Shown here: positions 29,428-39,089 of the stretch, in pieces
How the letters are laid out: every line of letters begins with the position of its first letter
Numbering within the stretch: the stretch's first letter is position 1
DNA from: Dehalococcoidia bacterium
Lineage (GTDB): Bacteria; Chloroflexota; Dehalococcoidia; GIF9; AB-539-J10
DNA: 64,000 bases
Assembly: GCA_030612025.1 (NCBI GenBank)
Contig: JAUWOR010000002.1
Coordinates: forward strand, 64,001-128,000
Direction: 5' to 3'
The notes under the pieces: generated by a model
Seen by the model: only the letters and a program-made list of their open reading frames with translations
What the model was told of the DNA's origin: nothing
Database searches by the model: none
Position numbers and translations under genes: made by a program

Positions 29428-30427
29428 TAGCTACTCCTTAACCATTGCAGCCATAATTGGCGGTTCAATTATTCTGGCCCTGCTCGGAGCCTTCTTCGGA
29501 TTGTTATACCGCGGTATAGACCGCAAGTTAGCAGCTCATATGCAAGGTAGGATAGGTCCCCCGATAATTCAGCCCTTCCGCGATGTCCGAAAGCTACTTA
29601 CCAAGGAAAGTATCATACCTGATGGAGGAGTCTCCTGGCTGTTCCAGGCTTGCCCCTTTATTGGCTTGGTGGCATCCATTTTATTGCTCACTTATATACC
29701 TGTATTTGGGCCGGGAGCGCTTTTAGAAGGCTATGGCGACTTGATATTAATACTATACCTGCTGATCATACCTTCCCTGGCACTGGTAGTAGGCGGCTTT
29801 GCCTCAAGTTCACCATTTGCCACTGTGGGAGCACAGCGTGAAATGGTCATCATGATGAGCTACGAATTCCCCCTGGCAGTGGCCATAATTGCTATTGCTT
29901 GGCGTATCAGTCATGTCACTGATATTAATCCGTTTATATTTTCTACCCTGGCCCAATATCCTATATGGAACCAGGTAGGCCCGGTGGGAGTGGTAGGATC
30001 ATTGATTTTGCTCTTTACTCTTTTAGTAGTTACGCCTGGAGAAGTGGCTAAGGTGCCATTCGACATAGCAGAAGCGGAAACCGAGATCGCTGGGGGATTA
30101 TTAGTAGAGTATTCAGGTAGAAACCTGGCTTTGTTTTACCTCGCCGATACAATAAAGGCCTTTGCCATGGTATCATTGGTAGTGGCTCTATTTTTCCCTT
30201 ACAACCTCTCCCCTGTAATTGGAATCGGAGCAGCTGCCCCCGCAGTCATCGTGGATGCCTTGTTCTTTTTGCTTAAAGTCTTCCTGGTAATGTTCATTAG
30301 TGTAATATTAATACGCACCGCAATGGCGCGGTTTAAGATAAGTCAGGCAAGCTACATTTATATCATGGCCATGACGCTCATAGGCCTCGTTGGTCTAATA
30401 TTGATTCATGTAGATATGATAGTGTGA
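29411..30427 (+). CDS. mbhM: Mbh subunit M (NuoH-like)
   Basis: DRKLAAHMQGRIGPP, PFDIAEAETEI..G..VEYSG. Confidence 0.92.
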   Translation: MSWLGNSYSLTIAAIIGGSIILALLGAFFGLLYRGIDRKLAAHMQGRIGPPIIQPFRDVRKLLTKESIIPDGGVSWLFQACPFIGLVASILLLTYIPVFGPGALLEGYGDLILILYLLIIPSLALVVGGFASSSPFATVGAQREMVIMMSYEFPLAVAIIAIAWRISHVTDINPFIFSTLAQYPIWNQVGPVGVVGSLILLFTLLVVTPGEVAKVPFDIAEAETEIAGGLLVEYSGRNLALFYLADTIKAFAMVSLVVALFFPYNLSPVIGIGAAAPAVIVDALFFLLKVFLVMFISVILIRTAMARFKISQASYIYIMAMTLIGLVGLILIHVDMIV

Positions 30428-30437
30428 GGCAAAAGAA

Positions 30438-30836
30438 ATGGAAATAGTTAAGGTACTGCTAAAGCAACTCTTTCAAACTCCGGCGACAAATAAATTCCCG
30501 ACAAAATATGCTCCCAAATCAACCATCAAATTCCTGGACAGGATTAAAAAGGGTGAATTGAAGCTAACGCCACCAATAGCAGTGCCACCTAAGTTTCGGG
30601 GGAAAATCTCATTCAACAGGGAAAAATGCACCGGATGCCAGTTGTGCATCAAGGTCTGCCCCACTAAAGCCATAGAATTTATACCCGAAGAAAAAAAGGT
30701 GAAAATATTCGTCGCCAGATGCTGCTTCTGTGCTCAATGCAACGACATCTGCCCAGTAGACGCGCTATCCATGACCGATGAGTTTATGCTCTCGAGCTAT
30801 GATAAATATGCCGACGAGCTTGTGGTAACGAAATAG
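30438..30836 (+). CDS. mbhN: Mbh subunit N (NuoI-like 2x[4Fe-4S])
   Basis: FRGKI, CTGCQLCIKVCP, CCFCAQCNDICP. Confidence 0.9.
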   Translation: MEIVKVLLKQLFQTPATNKFPTKYAPKSTIKFLDRIKKGELKLTPPIAVPPKFRGKISFNREKCTGCQLCIKVCPTKAIEFIPEEKKVKIFVARCCFCAQCNDICPVDALSMTDEFMLSSYDKYADELVVTK

Positions 30837-30846
30837 CTTACGCTAC

Positions 30847-31347
30847 TCATATTCCGAGCGTCATTATTTCACTTAGCCGTTTTTCTATGATGAGATTCGC
30901 CACACGATCCCCACTTCCTCGAATAATGCTCGACAATTCTGTGCCAAAATCCATCCTCTCAGGCTGAATCCCCACAAGTACTATATCCTTACAAAGGTCG
31001 CTTACATACAATATTAAGAAAGACAGTGCCATGCTGTGTGTTGAAAGATGCATAACTTCTATTTTCTCTGGCGGTATAATTCTATATGAACCTGGAGTTA
31101 ATCCCATCTCGGCAGCATCCACCAATATAAGTCTATCAGGATTATGCTTTCTAATAATTGAGGTGTAATTCTCTGGGGTTGTACCGCAATTTATGGCAAT
31201 GATTTTCCTTCTCGCCCCTATGAATTTGGCCTGTTCGGACCCCCTTTTAACCTCTTCAAGATATTTATCGATCCTTTCTACAATATAAATACCAATTCCA
31301 TCGTCGCCTTTTAATGTGTTGCCTATACCCAAGACTACTTCTTTCAT
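30847..31347 (-). CDS. hycI: Hydrogenase 3 maturation endopeptidase
   Basis: GIGNTLKGDDGIG, CGTTPEN, LVDAA, STHSM, GIQP. Confidence 0.9.
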   Translation of the reverse strand: MKEVVLGIGNTLKGDDGIGIYIVERIDKYLEEVKRGSEQAKFIGARRKIIAINCGTTPENYTSIIRKHNPDRLILVDAAEMGLTPGSYRIIPPEKIEVMHLSTHSMALSFLILYVSDLCKDIVLVGIQPERMDFGTELSSIIRGSGDRVANLIIEKRLSEIMTLGI

Positions 31348-31372
31348 GCTAACTGCTTAGCCACCCTTCTAT

Positions 31373-31545
31373 CACCCTGAGCCCTTCGCTTCCTGTCAGT
31401 CTGAGCCCTTCACTCCTTGTCATTCTGAGCGTAGCGAAGAATCTAATCCCTCTCAGGGTAAACTCCGCGAAGAATCTCACGGCGCTCAGGACAGGCTCCG
31501 TGAGGGGTCTCTGAGATTCTTCAGTCGTTACACTCCCTCATAACA
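31373..31545. repeat. Nested REP-like palindromic repeat cluster
   Basis: ctgagcccttc units, gtcattctgagcgtagcgaagaatct, ctcagggtaaactccg, gagattcttc; closely similar to 46800-46915. Confidence 0.8.
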
Positions 31546-31601
31546 TCAAACATTATACTGAAGGAGGCCCTCCACCTACAAGGAAAGCCTGAAAACTCTC
31601 T

Positions 31602-31631
31602 TTGACACTCGAAACTTGGCAATGCTACACT
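31602..31631 (+). promoter_or_regulatory. sigma70 promoter of nadK (very short leader)
   Basis: TTGACA-N18-TACACT with extended TG; GTG start 10 nt downstream with no SD. Confidence 0.6.
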
Positions 31632-31641
31632 TCCCTTACTT

Positions 31642-32454
31642 GTGAAGAGAGTTGGCATTCTATATCACCCTCGACTGGACAAAGCCCAAGATTTAGCTAT
31701 TAAGATAAAAGAGCTAGTATCAGCTCATGAAGTATCCTCGTGGCAGTGCTCGGCTTGGGATGAAGATAAAGCTAAACCTCAAGTGGCTGGCACAGATTTA
31801 ATCCTCAGCATTGGCGGTGATGGCACTATCCTCCACGCCGCTCGCACCGTAGCCCCTATAGGAGTGCCCATTTTGGGGGTAAATCTGGGCAGGCTGGGAT
31901 TTATTACTGAGCTGAATGGCGATGAGGTGTTATCAAATTTGCCCAGTTTGCTTGAAGGTAATGGCTGGGTTGAGGAGCGAGCCATGCTTGAAGCCCAGAT
32001 CGAAAACAAAAGCCTTCACGCTTTGAATGATGTGGTAGTGCGAAGTACTGCTGTTCGTTTGGTTAACATAAGGGTAGAAATTGACGGCGAAATGTTAGCT
32101 ACCTATCGAGCTGACGGAATTATAATAGCTACAGCCACCGGGAGCACTGGCTACTCCCTAGCAGCTGGTGGACCGATTCTTCAGCCTCAATCTAAGGAAA
32201 TCATCCTTAAACCAATATCCTGCCATCTCGGCTTGAGCTATGCCCTGGTCTTGCCGCCTCAAAGTATAGTCGATTTAGAGATTGCTAGCGGAGATAAGGC
32301 TATGCTCAGCCTTGACGGACAGGTTGATCTACCCCTACCCAGCGAGCAAAATGTGACCGTAAAGCTCAGTCCCTATGTAACCCGCTTCTTGAGAATTCAT
32401 CAACCAACTTATTTCTATAGCTCTTTATGGCAGAAACTGAGAGGGAGGGAGTAG
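31642..32454 (+). CDS. nadK: NAD kinase
   Basis: IGGDGTIL, NLGRLGF, ALNDVV, DGIIIATATGSTGYSLAAGG. Confidence 0.95.
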   Translation: MKRVGILYHPRLDKAQDLAIKIKELVSAHEVSSWQCSAWDEDKAKPQVAGTDLILSIGGDGTILHAARTVAPIGVPILGVNLGRLGFITELNGDEVLSNLPSLLEGNGWVEERAMLEAQIENKSLHALNDVVVRSTAVRLVNIRVEIDGEMLATYRADGIIIATATGSTGYSLAAGGPILQPQSKEIILKPISCHLGLSYALVLPPQSIVDLEIASGDKAMLSLDGQVDLPLPSEQNVTVKLSPYVTRFLRIHQPTYFYSSLWQKLRGRE

Positions 32455-32455
32455 C

Positions 32456-32908
32456 ATGAACGTTGATAGAGCGAAGGTAAGCGATGCTACTGCAATGCAC
32501 CAACTGATTAATCACTTTGCTGACAAAGGTGAGATGCTGCCTCGCGCTCTAAGCGAGATATATGAAAATATCAGAGATTACTTCGTAGTCAGGGATGACG
32601 GGCAAGTGGTTGCTTGCATAGCTTTGCATGTCAACTGGCTTGATTTAGCCGAAATCAGGTCTTTAGCTGTTCATGAAAAGCGTCAAAAACAGGGGATTGG
32701 CTCTTTGCTTGTCCAGGCCTGCCTCGATGAAGCTAAAAAACTAGGTATACCCACTGTGTTTTGTCTCACTTATAAACCGCCCCACTTCGAGAAGCATGGC
32801 TTTCATCTGATTGATAAAACAGAATTGCCTCACAAGATATGGGCAGAATGCTATCGCTGTCCAAAATTTCCCAACTGTGATGAGGTAGCTCTTATCCGCC
32901 ACATTTAA
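32456..32908 (+). CDS. GNAT N-acetyltransferase (short ArgA-like)
   Basis: MLPR..SEIYENIRDY, AEIRSLAV, QGIG, LPHKIWAECYRCPKFPNCDE. Confidence 0.85.
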   Translation: MNVDRAKVSDATAMHQLINHFADKGEMLPRALSEIYENIRDYFVVRDDGQVVACIALHVNWLDLAEIRSLAVHEKRQKQGIGSLLVQACLDEAKKLGIPTVFCLTYKPPHFEKHGFHLIDKTELPHKIWAECYRCPKFPNCDEVALIRHI

Positions 32909-32929
32909 TGTTAGCTGCGAGTTAAATTT

Positions 32930-33033
32930 CCTCTCCCTTGACGGGAGAGGAGCAAGGCATGTCCCGAGTCGAAGCCCTGAGCATAGCGAAGGGGCAGCGA
33001 AGGATCGGGTGATAAACAAGGCGAAGCAATCCC
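32930..33033. repeat. cctctccc-N-gggagagg palindrome plus REP-like fragments
   Basis: cctctcccttgacgggagagg; the same family occurs at 41718-41738 and 63141-63161. Confidence 0.7.
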
Positions 33034-33039
33034 AAGAAT

Positions 33040-33162
33040 GCAAAAAGCAAGAGCAAGAATTCAAAATGACAAGGCAAATTTTAAAAATGAATTTAAGGGT
33101 CGCGTTTATAGATTTACATTTTAAATTGTAATTTTGCTTTTTTATCTTTGAATTTTGATATT
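33040..33162. repeat. AT-rich inverted repeat with about 7-nt period
   Basis: A-rich arm (caaaatgacaaggcaaatt) followed by T-rich arm (tttgaattttga); similar element at 43820-43925. Confidence 0.6.
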
Positions 33163-33173
33163 CTTGAGGAGTT

Positions 33174-33710
33174 ATGTTACCAGAGAAAAAGTTATCTAGC
33201 CAACCGATTTACCATGGTCGAGCAGTTAATTTACGCTTGGACACTGTCGAGAAGCCCGGTGGCAAAAAAGCTACCCGGGAAGTAGTAGAACATAGTGACT
33301 GTGTAGCTGTGATAGTCCTCGATGACCAGGACAACGTGCTGCTCGAACGCCAGTTTCGCTACCCAGTAGGCAAGTCCCTCCTGGAAATACCCGCTGGCGG
33401 CATCGACCCCGGTGAAGAGCCCATTGACTGTGTCCGCCGTGAATTACAGGAAGAAATTGGCTACTTGCCCAAGAAAATAGAGAGACTGGGCGGGTTTTAT
33501 TCTATTCCCGGCTATGGCACAGAATACCTACACTGCTACCTGGCCACTGACCTTGTGCCCAGCCGCTTGATGGCTGAAGATACTCAAAGTATTGAACTGG
33601 TGCGAGTCCCTCCAGATCAAATACCCCAACTTATCGCCTCAGGCGAGATCTGCGATGCCAAAAGCATCGCAGCCCTGCTCACCTTCCTCGTCACGCAGCA
33701 AGGCAAATAA
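33174..33710 (+). CDS. nudF: NUDIX hydrolase (ADP-ribose pyrophosphatase-like)
   Basis: REVVEH, QFRYP, EIPAGGIDPGEEPIDCVRRELQEEIG Nudix box. Confidence 0.9.
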   Translation: MLPEKKLSSQPIYHGRAVNLRLDTVEKPGGKKATREVVEHSDCVAVIVLDDQDNVLLERQFRYPVGKSLLEIPAGGIDPGEEPIDCVRRELQEEIGYLPKKIERLGGFYSIPGYGTEYLHCYLATDLVPSRLMAEDTQSIELVRVPPDQIPQLIASGEICDAKSIAALLTFLVTQQGK

Positions 33711-33948
33711 TCGCGCCCCAGTAGTATTTTAAAACCCTTATTGTTGTAAATCCTCCCACAAGCAAGAAGAGCTTTTGCTTTCTCTTTCACCACTGCCTTA
33801 GTCTTACGTTTTTGACAACGAGCTGTTTAGTAGTTAAACTCAAAACGGAGGTTATAGAAATGGTAGATTGAGTAAGGCTCGGCCTCTATGTCGAGGATGA
33901 GCTACCCCGGCTAATGTGAACTAGCGATTACGTCCCAGTGAGTTGATA

Positions 33949-36900
33949 ATGAGCGATAGCTTAAAAGCATTCAATGCCTACATTCGCACTATTGAGAAAG
34001 AATTAGCCTTAGGCAACGCTACCGAGCATACCCACCGCTCAGCACTTAAAGCACTGCTCGAATCTTTAGGCGATGGCATAGTGGCCACTAATGAGCCTCG
34101 GCGTATCGAGTGTGGTGCACCGGATTTTGTCGTTACCAGAGGTTCGACAACTATCGGCTATGTTGAAGCTAAAGATGTGGGTAAAAGCCTGGATGAGGCC
34201 GAACGCTCTGAGCAGCTCCAGCACTATCGAGATTCGCTTACTAATCTCGTTCTGACCGATTATCTGGAATTTCGCTGGTACATGGATAGCGAACGACGTC
34301 TCACTGCTTGCTTGGGCACACCAACCGAGGATGGCAAGATAAAGCGTGACAAAGCAGGAATAGAGGCTGTTACCTGGCTCCTTGATGATTTCCTCTCACA
34401 TCAGGCTGAGCCTGTAGGCACACCCAAGGAATTAACCCAGCGCATGGCTCGCCTGGCTCATATGATTCGTGACCTCATAATAGCTGCTTTTGACAAAGAG
34501 TCCGAAGGTGGTTCACTCCACGCTCAATTTGTAGCTTTCAGGGACAATCTTATACCTGACCTTTCTACCGAGCAATTTGCTGATATGTATGCTCAGACTA
34601 TCGCCTATGGGCTTTTTGCTGCCCGCTGTAACCAATCTACAGGGACGGGCTTCACTCGTCAGAAGGCTGCCTACCTTTTGCCCAAGACCAATCCATTTCT
34701 AAGGAAGCTCTTTAATCATATCGCTGGGCCCGATTTGGACGACCGCATTGCCTGGTTGGTAGATGACCTGGCACAGCTACTTGCCCAGGCTGATATGGAG
34801 GCAGTCCTTAGGGATTTTGGCAAACGCACTGCTAAGGAAGACCCTGTGGTGCACTTCTACGAGACTTTTCTCACCGCCTATGACCCTAAGGTGCGAGAGA
34901 TGCGTGGCGTTTACTACACCCCAGAGCCGGTGGTTTCCTATATCGTGCGTTCTATTGACCACTTGCTCAAGACGCACTTCGATAAGCCTCAGGGGTTGGC
35001 AGACCCCAGCGTTCTCATCTTAGACCCGGCAGTAGGCACTGCTACTTTCCTTTATATGGTGATAAATGAAATTCACGATGCCTTGCTGAGTCAGGGACAG
35101 ATGGGACTCTGGAATGACTATGTGGCTGAAAAGCTCCTGCCTCGCATATTTGGGTTTGAGCTTCTTATGGCTCCTTATGCTATGGCTCACTTAAAGCTGG
35201 GGCTTTTGCTTAAGGAAACAGACTATCAATTTGAGAAGGAACAACGGCTGGGAATTTATCTTACCAATACTCTGGAGGAGGCTATCAAACACTCGGAGGC
35301 ACTATTTGCCAATTGGATAACTGAGGAAGCCAACGCCGCCGCTGAAATCAAGAAAGATAAGCCCATAATGGTGGTGCTGGGAAATCCGCCATATTCAGGT
35401 CACTCTGCTAATAAGGGGCCGTGGGCAAGACAACTAGTGGAGACATATAAGACCGTGGACGGCAAGCCCCTGGGTGAGAAGAATCCCAAATGGCTTCAGG
35501 ATGACTATGTTAAGTTTATCCGGTTTGGGCAGTGGCGTATTGAGAAGACGGAGCAAGGAATTTTAGGCTTTATCACCAATCATGCTTACCTGGACAACCC
35601 CACCTTCAGAGGCATGCGCCAGTCGCTGATAAACACCTTTACCAATATTTATATCCTCAATCTTCATGGCAATGTCAAAAAGCGAGAGGTTGCCCCTGAC
35701 GGCGGTAAGGACGAAAATGTATTTGACATCCAGCAGGGTGTAGCTATTGCATTATTTATTAAAGAGCCAGAAAAGGCCAGCCCAGCCAAAGTTCGCCATG
35801 CCGACCTTTGGGGTTTGCGTGAGGGGAAATATCACACCTTGTTTGAAACAGACATTACCACCACAGAATGGGCTGAGCTTGAGCCTCATAGTCCATTCTA
35901 TTTCTTTCTGCCACGGGATGAGGAATTACTGAGCGAGTATGAAAAGGGATGGAAAGTTACTGAGATTATCCCCGTTAATAGCGTAGGTATTGTTACCGCC
36001 AGAGACAACCTGACTATCTGCTGGTCTAATAAAGGGATGGAGGACACTATCCATGATTTTGCCTCCCTTACTCCAGAGGAGGCACAGGAGAAATATAAGC
36101 TTGGCAACGATGTGCGTGATTGGAAAGTAGCCCTGGCGCAAAAAGACCTCCAAGATACAAAACTGCGCCACGAGCTGATAGTCCCCATCTTATATCGCCC
36201 CTTCGATGTTCGTTACACCTATTATACTGGTCACTCAAGGGGTTTTCACTGCATGCCTCGCCCCCGGGTCATGCGCCACATGCTCGCAGGAGAGAATGTG
36301 GCACTTTTGTGCAAACGCCAATCTAGGCTCATCCCGTTTTCCTATATCTTCGCTTCTTCCCAAATCACCGAAAGCTGTGTCTTCGAGAGTGCTTATGCCA
36401 ATAATTCTGTGCTTCCCCTCTACCTCTATCCCTCTAAGGAAGAGATTGCCAGTGGTCTCTATCAGCCAGGGGATCGCCGCCCTAATTTGAGCCCAGATTT
36501 TATTAAGGACTTCTCAGAAAAACTGGGACTCAAGTTTATCGAGGATGGCAAGGGTGACCTTGAAGAAACCTTCGGGCCTGAGGACATTTTCAACTATGCC
36601 TATGCCGTCTTCCACTCGCCCACCTACCGCAGCCGCTATGCCGAATTCCTCAAAATAGACTTTCCCAGACTGCCACTTACCTCGAATAAGGAGCTATTCA
36701 AAACACTGGTAGCTAAAGGTGGAGAACTCGTATCCCTTCATCTTATGGAATCTCCTAAACTCAATAGCCTTATCACCAAATATCCTATCGTAGGTCCCAA
36801 TCAGGTAGAGACAGTTAGGTATGACGAAGCTAACCAGCGAGTCTATATCAACAAGAGCCAGTATTTTGAAGGCGTCTCCCCAGAGGTGTGGAATTTCCAC

Positions 36901-37065
36901 ATCGGAGGCTATCAGGTCTGTCAGAAGTGGCTTAAAGATAGGAAGGGCAGGACTCTCAACTTCAATGACCTACTCCACTACCAGAAAATTATCGTAGCCC
37001 TTAAAGAAACCATCCTCCTGATGAGGGAGATAGATAGTCTGATTCCGAACTGGCCGATTGAATGA
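33949..37065 (+). CDS. Single-chain Type IIG-like restriction-modification enzyme (nuclease, N6-adenine MTase, type ISP-like specificity domain)
   Basis: GAPDF...GYVEAK PD-(D/E)xK, GVYYTP, LDPAVGTATF motif I, GNPPY motif IV, YRPFD, IGGYQVCQKWLKDRK; no helicase motifs. Confidence 0.9.
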   Translation: MSDSLKAFNAYIRTIEKELALGNATEHTHRSALKALLESLGDGIVATNEPRRIECGAPDFVVTRGSTTIGYVEAKDVGKSLDEAERSEQLQHYRDSLTNLVLTDYLEFRWYMDSERRLTACLGTPTEDGKIKRDKAGIEAVTWLLDDFLSHQAEPVGTPKELTQRMARLAHMIRDLIIAAFDKESEGGSLHAQFVAFRDNLIPDLSTEQFADMYAQTIAYGLFAARCNQSTGTGFTRQKAAYLLPKTNPFLRKLFNHIAGPDLDDRIAWLVDDLAQLLAQADMEAVLRDFGKRTAKEDPVVHFYETFLTAYDPKVREMRGVYYTPEPVVSYIVRSIDHLLKTHFDKPQGLADPSVLILDPAVGTATFLYMVINEIHDALLSQGQMGLWNDYVAEKLLPRIFGFELLMAPYAMAHLKLGLLLKETDYQFEKEQRLGIYLTNTLEEAIKHSEALFANWITEEANAAAEIKKDKPIMVVLGNPPYSGHSANKGPWARQLVETYKTVDGKPLGEKNPKWLQDDYVKFIRFGQWRIEKTEQGILGFITNHAYLDNPTFRGMRQSLINTFTNIYILNLHGNVKKREVAPDGGKDENVFDIQQGVAIALFIKEPEKASPAKVRHADLWGLREGKYHTLFETDITTTEWAELEPHSPFYFFLPRDEELLSEYEKGWKVTEIIPVNSVGIVTARDNLTICWSNKGMEDTIHDFASLTPEEAQEKYKLGNDVRDWKVALAQKDLQDTKLRHELIVPILYRPFDVRYTYYTGHSRGFHCMPRPRVMRHMLAGENVALLCKRQSRLIPFSYIFASSQITESCVFESAYANNSVLPLYLYPSKEEIASGLYQPGDRRPNLSPDFIKDFSEKLGLKFIEDGKGDLEETFGPEDIFNYAYAVFHSPTYRSRYAEFLKIDFPRLPLTSNKELFKTLVAKGGELVSLHLMESPKLNSLITKYPIVGPNQVETVRYDEANQRVYINKSQYFEGVSPEVWNFHIGGYQVCQKWLKDRKGRTLNFNDLLHYQKIIVALKETILLMREIDSLIPNWPIE

Positions 37066-37076
37066 GGAGCTAACAT

Positions 37077-38087
37077 ATGAGAAAAGAAATCTACAACTTA
37101 GAATTCCCCTCTAATTGCCCTGCAATGTCTATCTTTGGATACCAGTTTACCAGGGTAGATGATTACCAGAATAGAATAACCAGCTTGCAACACTTGATTA
37201 CATCCTCCTCAGAGTTTGAGATATATGCCAATACGGGTAAACATGCCGTAACTGCGTATGTTGACCTTCCTGAGAACGAACAAGAAGCAGCTCTCGCCTG
37301 GGCTGGTGATAGCAATACCGCCTTAATTGATATCCTGTTACTCCTCTCGATTTTTACTGGTCGTGATGTCTTTATGGCTGATAGCGCAATTGATGACGGT
37401 AGTGGTAAAGTAATAATAGCAGACCCACAGCTTTATCCTTGGGGAGGAACACTTGGATGTTCCCTACCTTATAGGGCACAGCCTATAGAGCCATCTCCTG
37501 CTAGCTATAATATCGGTTTCGAAGAAGGTCTTAATAAAGTATGTGAATTGATCAGAACTGAAGAGTGGCAGCGCAAATACCAGAAGGGCTATTTTCTGTT
37601 TTTAGCACAAGAAGCTTTTCGTAATCGATCTCTGGATATAGCCTTTATTCATTGCTGGACAATATGGGAGCATTTATTTGCAATTCTTAACCATGAAGGG
37701 CTTCCAGCGTCTGAGCAGGTAGCTTTTCTCTTAAAAAACTATGAGTTGAGGGACAATATAGGCGAGGAGGATAGAAAGCGAATTAGAGTCTTGGTAGGAA
37801 TCCGAGGCGGACTCGTTCATTCTGGGCGCTTCCCTAAGAAGGAGAAGAACGCCCCGAAGCGTGAGTCCAAGGATTCTTTAGAACAGGAGTTGGTATATGA
37901 TGACGCAGTTCTCTTCATAAGGTTGACAGAGTTTATCATAGCCAGAATACTTGGACTATCACCTTCCGATGTATTCGATACAACAAAGCGCTTGGAAGAT
38001 TTCTTGACCAAAAGTTATGATTCACGATTAGCTGCACGTGAAAAGCACAACAACGCGGTGCGAGCTCTGCGGAGGAGATGGGCATGA
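37077..38087 (+). CDS. Putative HEPN-superfamily (ApeA-like) protein
   Basis: C-terminal helical region with WTIWEHL and an Rx4H motif RGGLVH. Confidence 0.6.
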   Translation: MRKEIYNLEFPSNCPAMSIFGYQFTRVDDYQNRITSLQHLITSSSEFEIYANTGKHAVTAYVDLPENEQEAALAWAGDSNTALIDILLLLSIFTGRDVFMADSAIDDGSGKVIIADPQLYPWGGTLGCSLPYRAQPIEPSPASYNIGFEEGLNKVCELIRTEEWQRKYQKGYFLFLAQEAFRNRSLDIAFIHCWTIWEHLFAILNHEGLPASEQVAFLLKNYELRDNIGEEDRKRIRVLVGIRGGLVHSGRFPKKEKNAPKRESKDSLEQELVYDDAVLFIRLTEFIIARILGLSPSDVFDTTKRLEDFLTKSYDSRLAAREKHNNAVRALRRRWA

Positions 38088-38353
38088 AGGTCAAATGTCC
38101 TAAGTGTGGATTTGAGGATGAAGGCAATTTCTGTAGTCGGTGCGGAGCACCCTTGCCCAAACCTTCCATTGTAAAAGAGGAAGCTGTGGTTGCTGAAGCT
38201 CCGTGGACGGCAAAATGCCCAGTGTGCAAATCGGGCCAGCTTAAGCTAGTAACACAGAAGAAATTCCTTGGCCTACTTAGACATAATTTATCTGAAAAAC
38301 AGATTAGCGAGTGGTGGCCCCAGGATTTGGTCGACTGGATAGAGAAAAGATAG
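38084..38353 (+). CDS. Zinc-ribbon protein (possibly truncated)
   Basis: CPKCG...FCSRCG and CPVCK; ATGA overlap with the HEPN gene. Confidence 0.6.
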   Translation: MKVKCPKCGFEDEGNFCSRCGAPLPKPSIVKEEAVVAEAPWTAKCPVCKSGQLKLVTQKKFLGLLRHNLSEKQISEWWPQDLVDWIEKR

Positions 38354-38587
38354 AGACACTATTATTCACATTTTCTTCCTACTCTGAAAAAACAAAGCGC
38401 TTTGTTCATATCTGACTTTGTGAAAGACCAACAATTACAAAATAGGTTCTCGCGACTATCTTGACCAATAATAAATAGCATGAATGCAGCAAAATAGCTT
38501 GACGCGAAAGAACTCACAGAGATTTATGAGCTGTCATACGTAATTCCGAACCGCGCTCTTGAGAAAGGAAAAACAAAATAGTTTAAT

Positions 38588-38788
38588 ATGAGCGGAGCTA
38601 GAAAAATGAGCAACAAAGCTAAACCACGTAAATCCTGGCAGGAGAAGTTGGCAGATAGTAAAGGTCTGCCAAAAGTCCAAGAAATCACCGATAAGATGAG
38701 TAAAAGGTGGGGAACAGGTACGGTTGTTATTCCAGCACCAAAAGAAGTGGATGAAATTATGAGAAAAATTCCCGAAGGCAAACTCACA
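38588..38788 (+). pseudogene. Truncated MGMT/alkyltransferase-like DNA-binding protein
   Basis: KSWQEKL...WGTGTVVIPAPKEVDEIMRKIPEGKLT, then homology breaks off. Confidence 0.6.
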
Positions 38789-38890
38789 GCCGTTGTAGGG
38801 ATTTATGCTGTAGCGGCACCAAAACCAGCTATCTATGAATTTATATTTATTCAAGATGGTCTTAAATTCCTTGGGAACGTATTTAATCAT
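38777..38890 (-). pseudogene. Truncated radical SAM protein (SplB/Rv2578c-like N-terminus)
   Basis: KTILNK...YSINPYNGCEFA is cut within the CxxxCxxC motif; RBS aggtga upstream. Confidence 0.7.
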
Positions 38891-38936
38891 TTCACCTGCC
38901 TGTTCATCCCGTTTGCCCTATCCGAGTGGCAATTTC

Positions 38937-39009
38937 AGATAATGTTCGCGTGTTTGCGAGGTGCGAAGCACTCGGGTTAACGCAGTCAGCCGCAAAGCAC
39001 GTGTTAGGC
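38937..39009 (-). mobile_element. attC-like recombination site
   Basis: Minus strand GCCTAAC-acgtgCtttgcg...cgcaaacacgc-gaac-ATTATCT: imperfect palindrome with one unpaired base in the first arm. Confidence 0.55.
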
Positions 39010-39089
39010 AACGTAGGGCGAGTCCTGAAGGAACCAGGTTTTGCTTGGCAGCTACAAACATTGTTTTTCAGTTGTTCTAAACTGGCATA

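Noticed and set aside
22773-30836. Respiratory complex I, Mbs/Mbx or a plain Mrp antiporter
   Set aside because: The large subunit keeps both CxxC Ni-binding motifs and a cleavable tail, and hycI is adjacent
31373-31545. CRISPR array (also 46800-46915)
   Set aside because: Repeats are nested and irregular, with no constant-length unique spacers and no cas genes
38588-38980. The 130-aa (+) and 118-aa (-) ORFs as intact genes
   Set aside because: Each is a stub reading through into the antisense strand of the other
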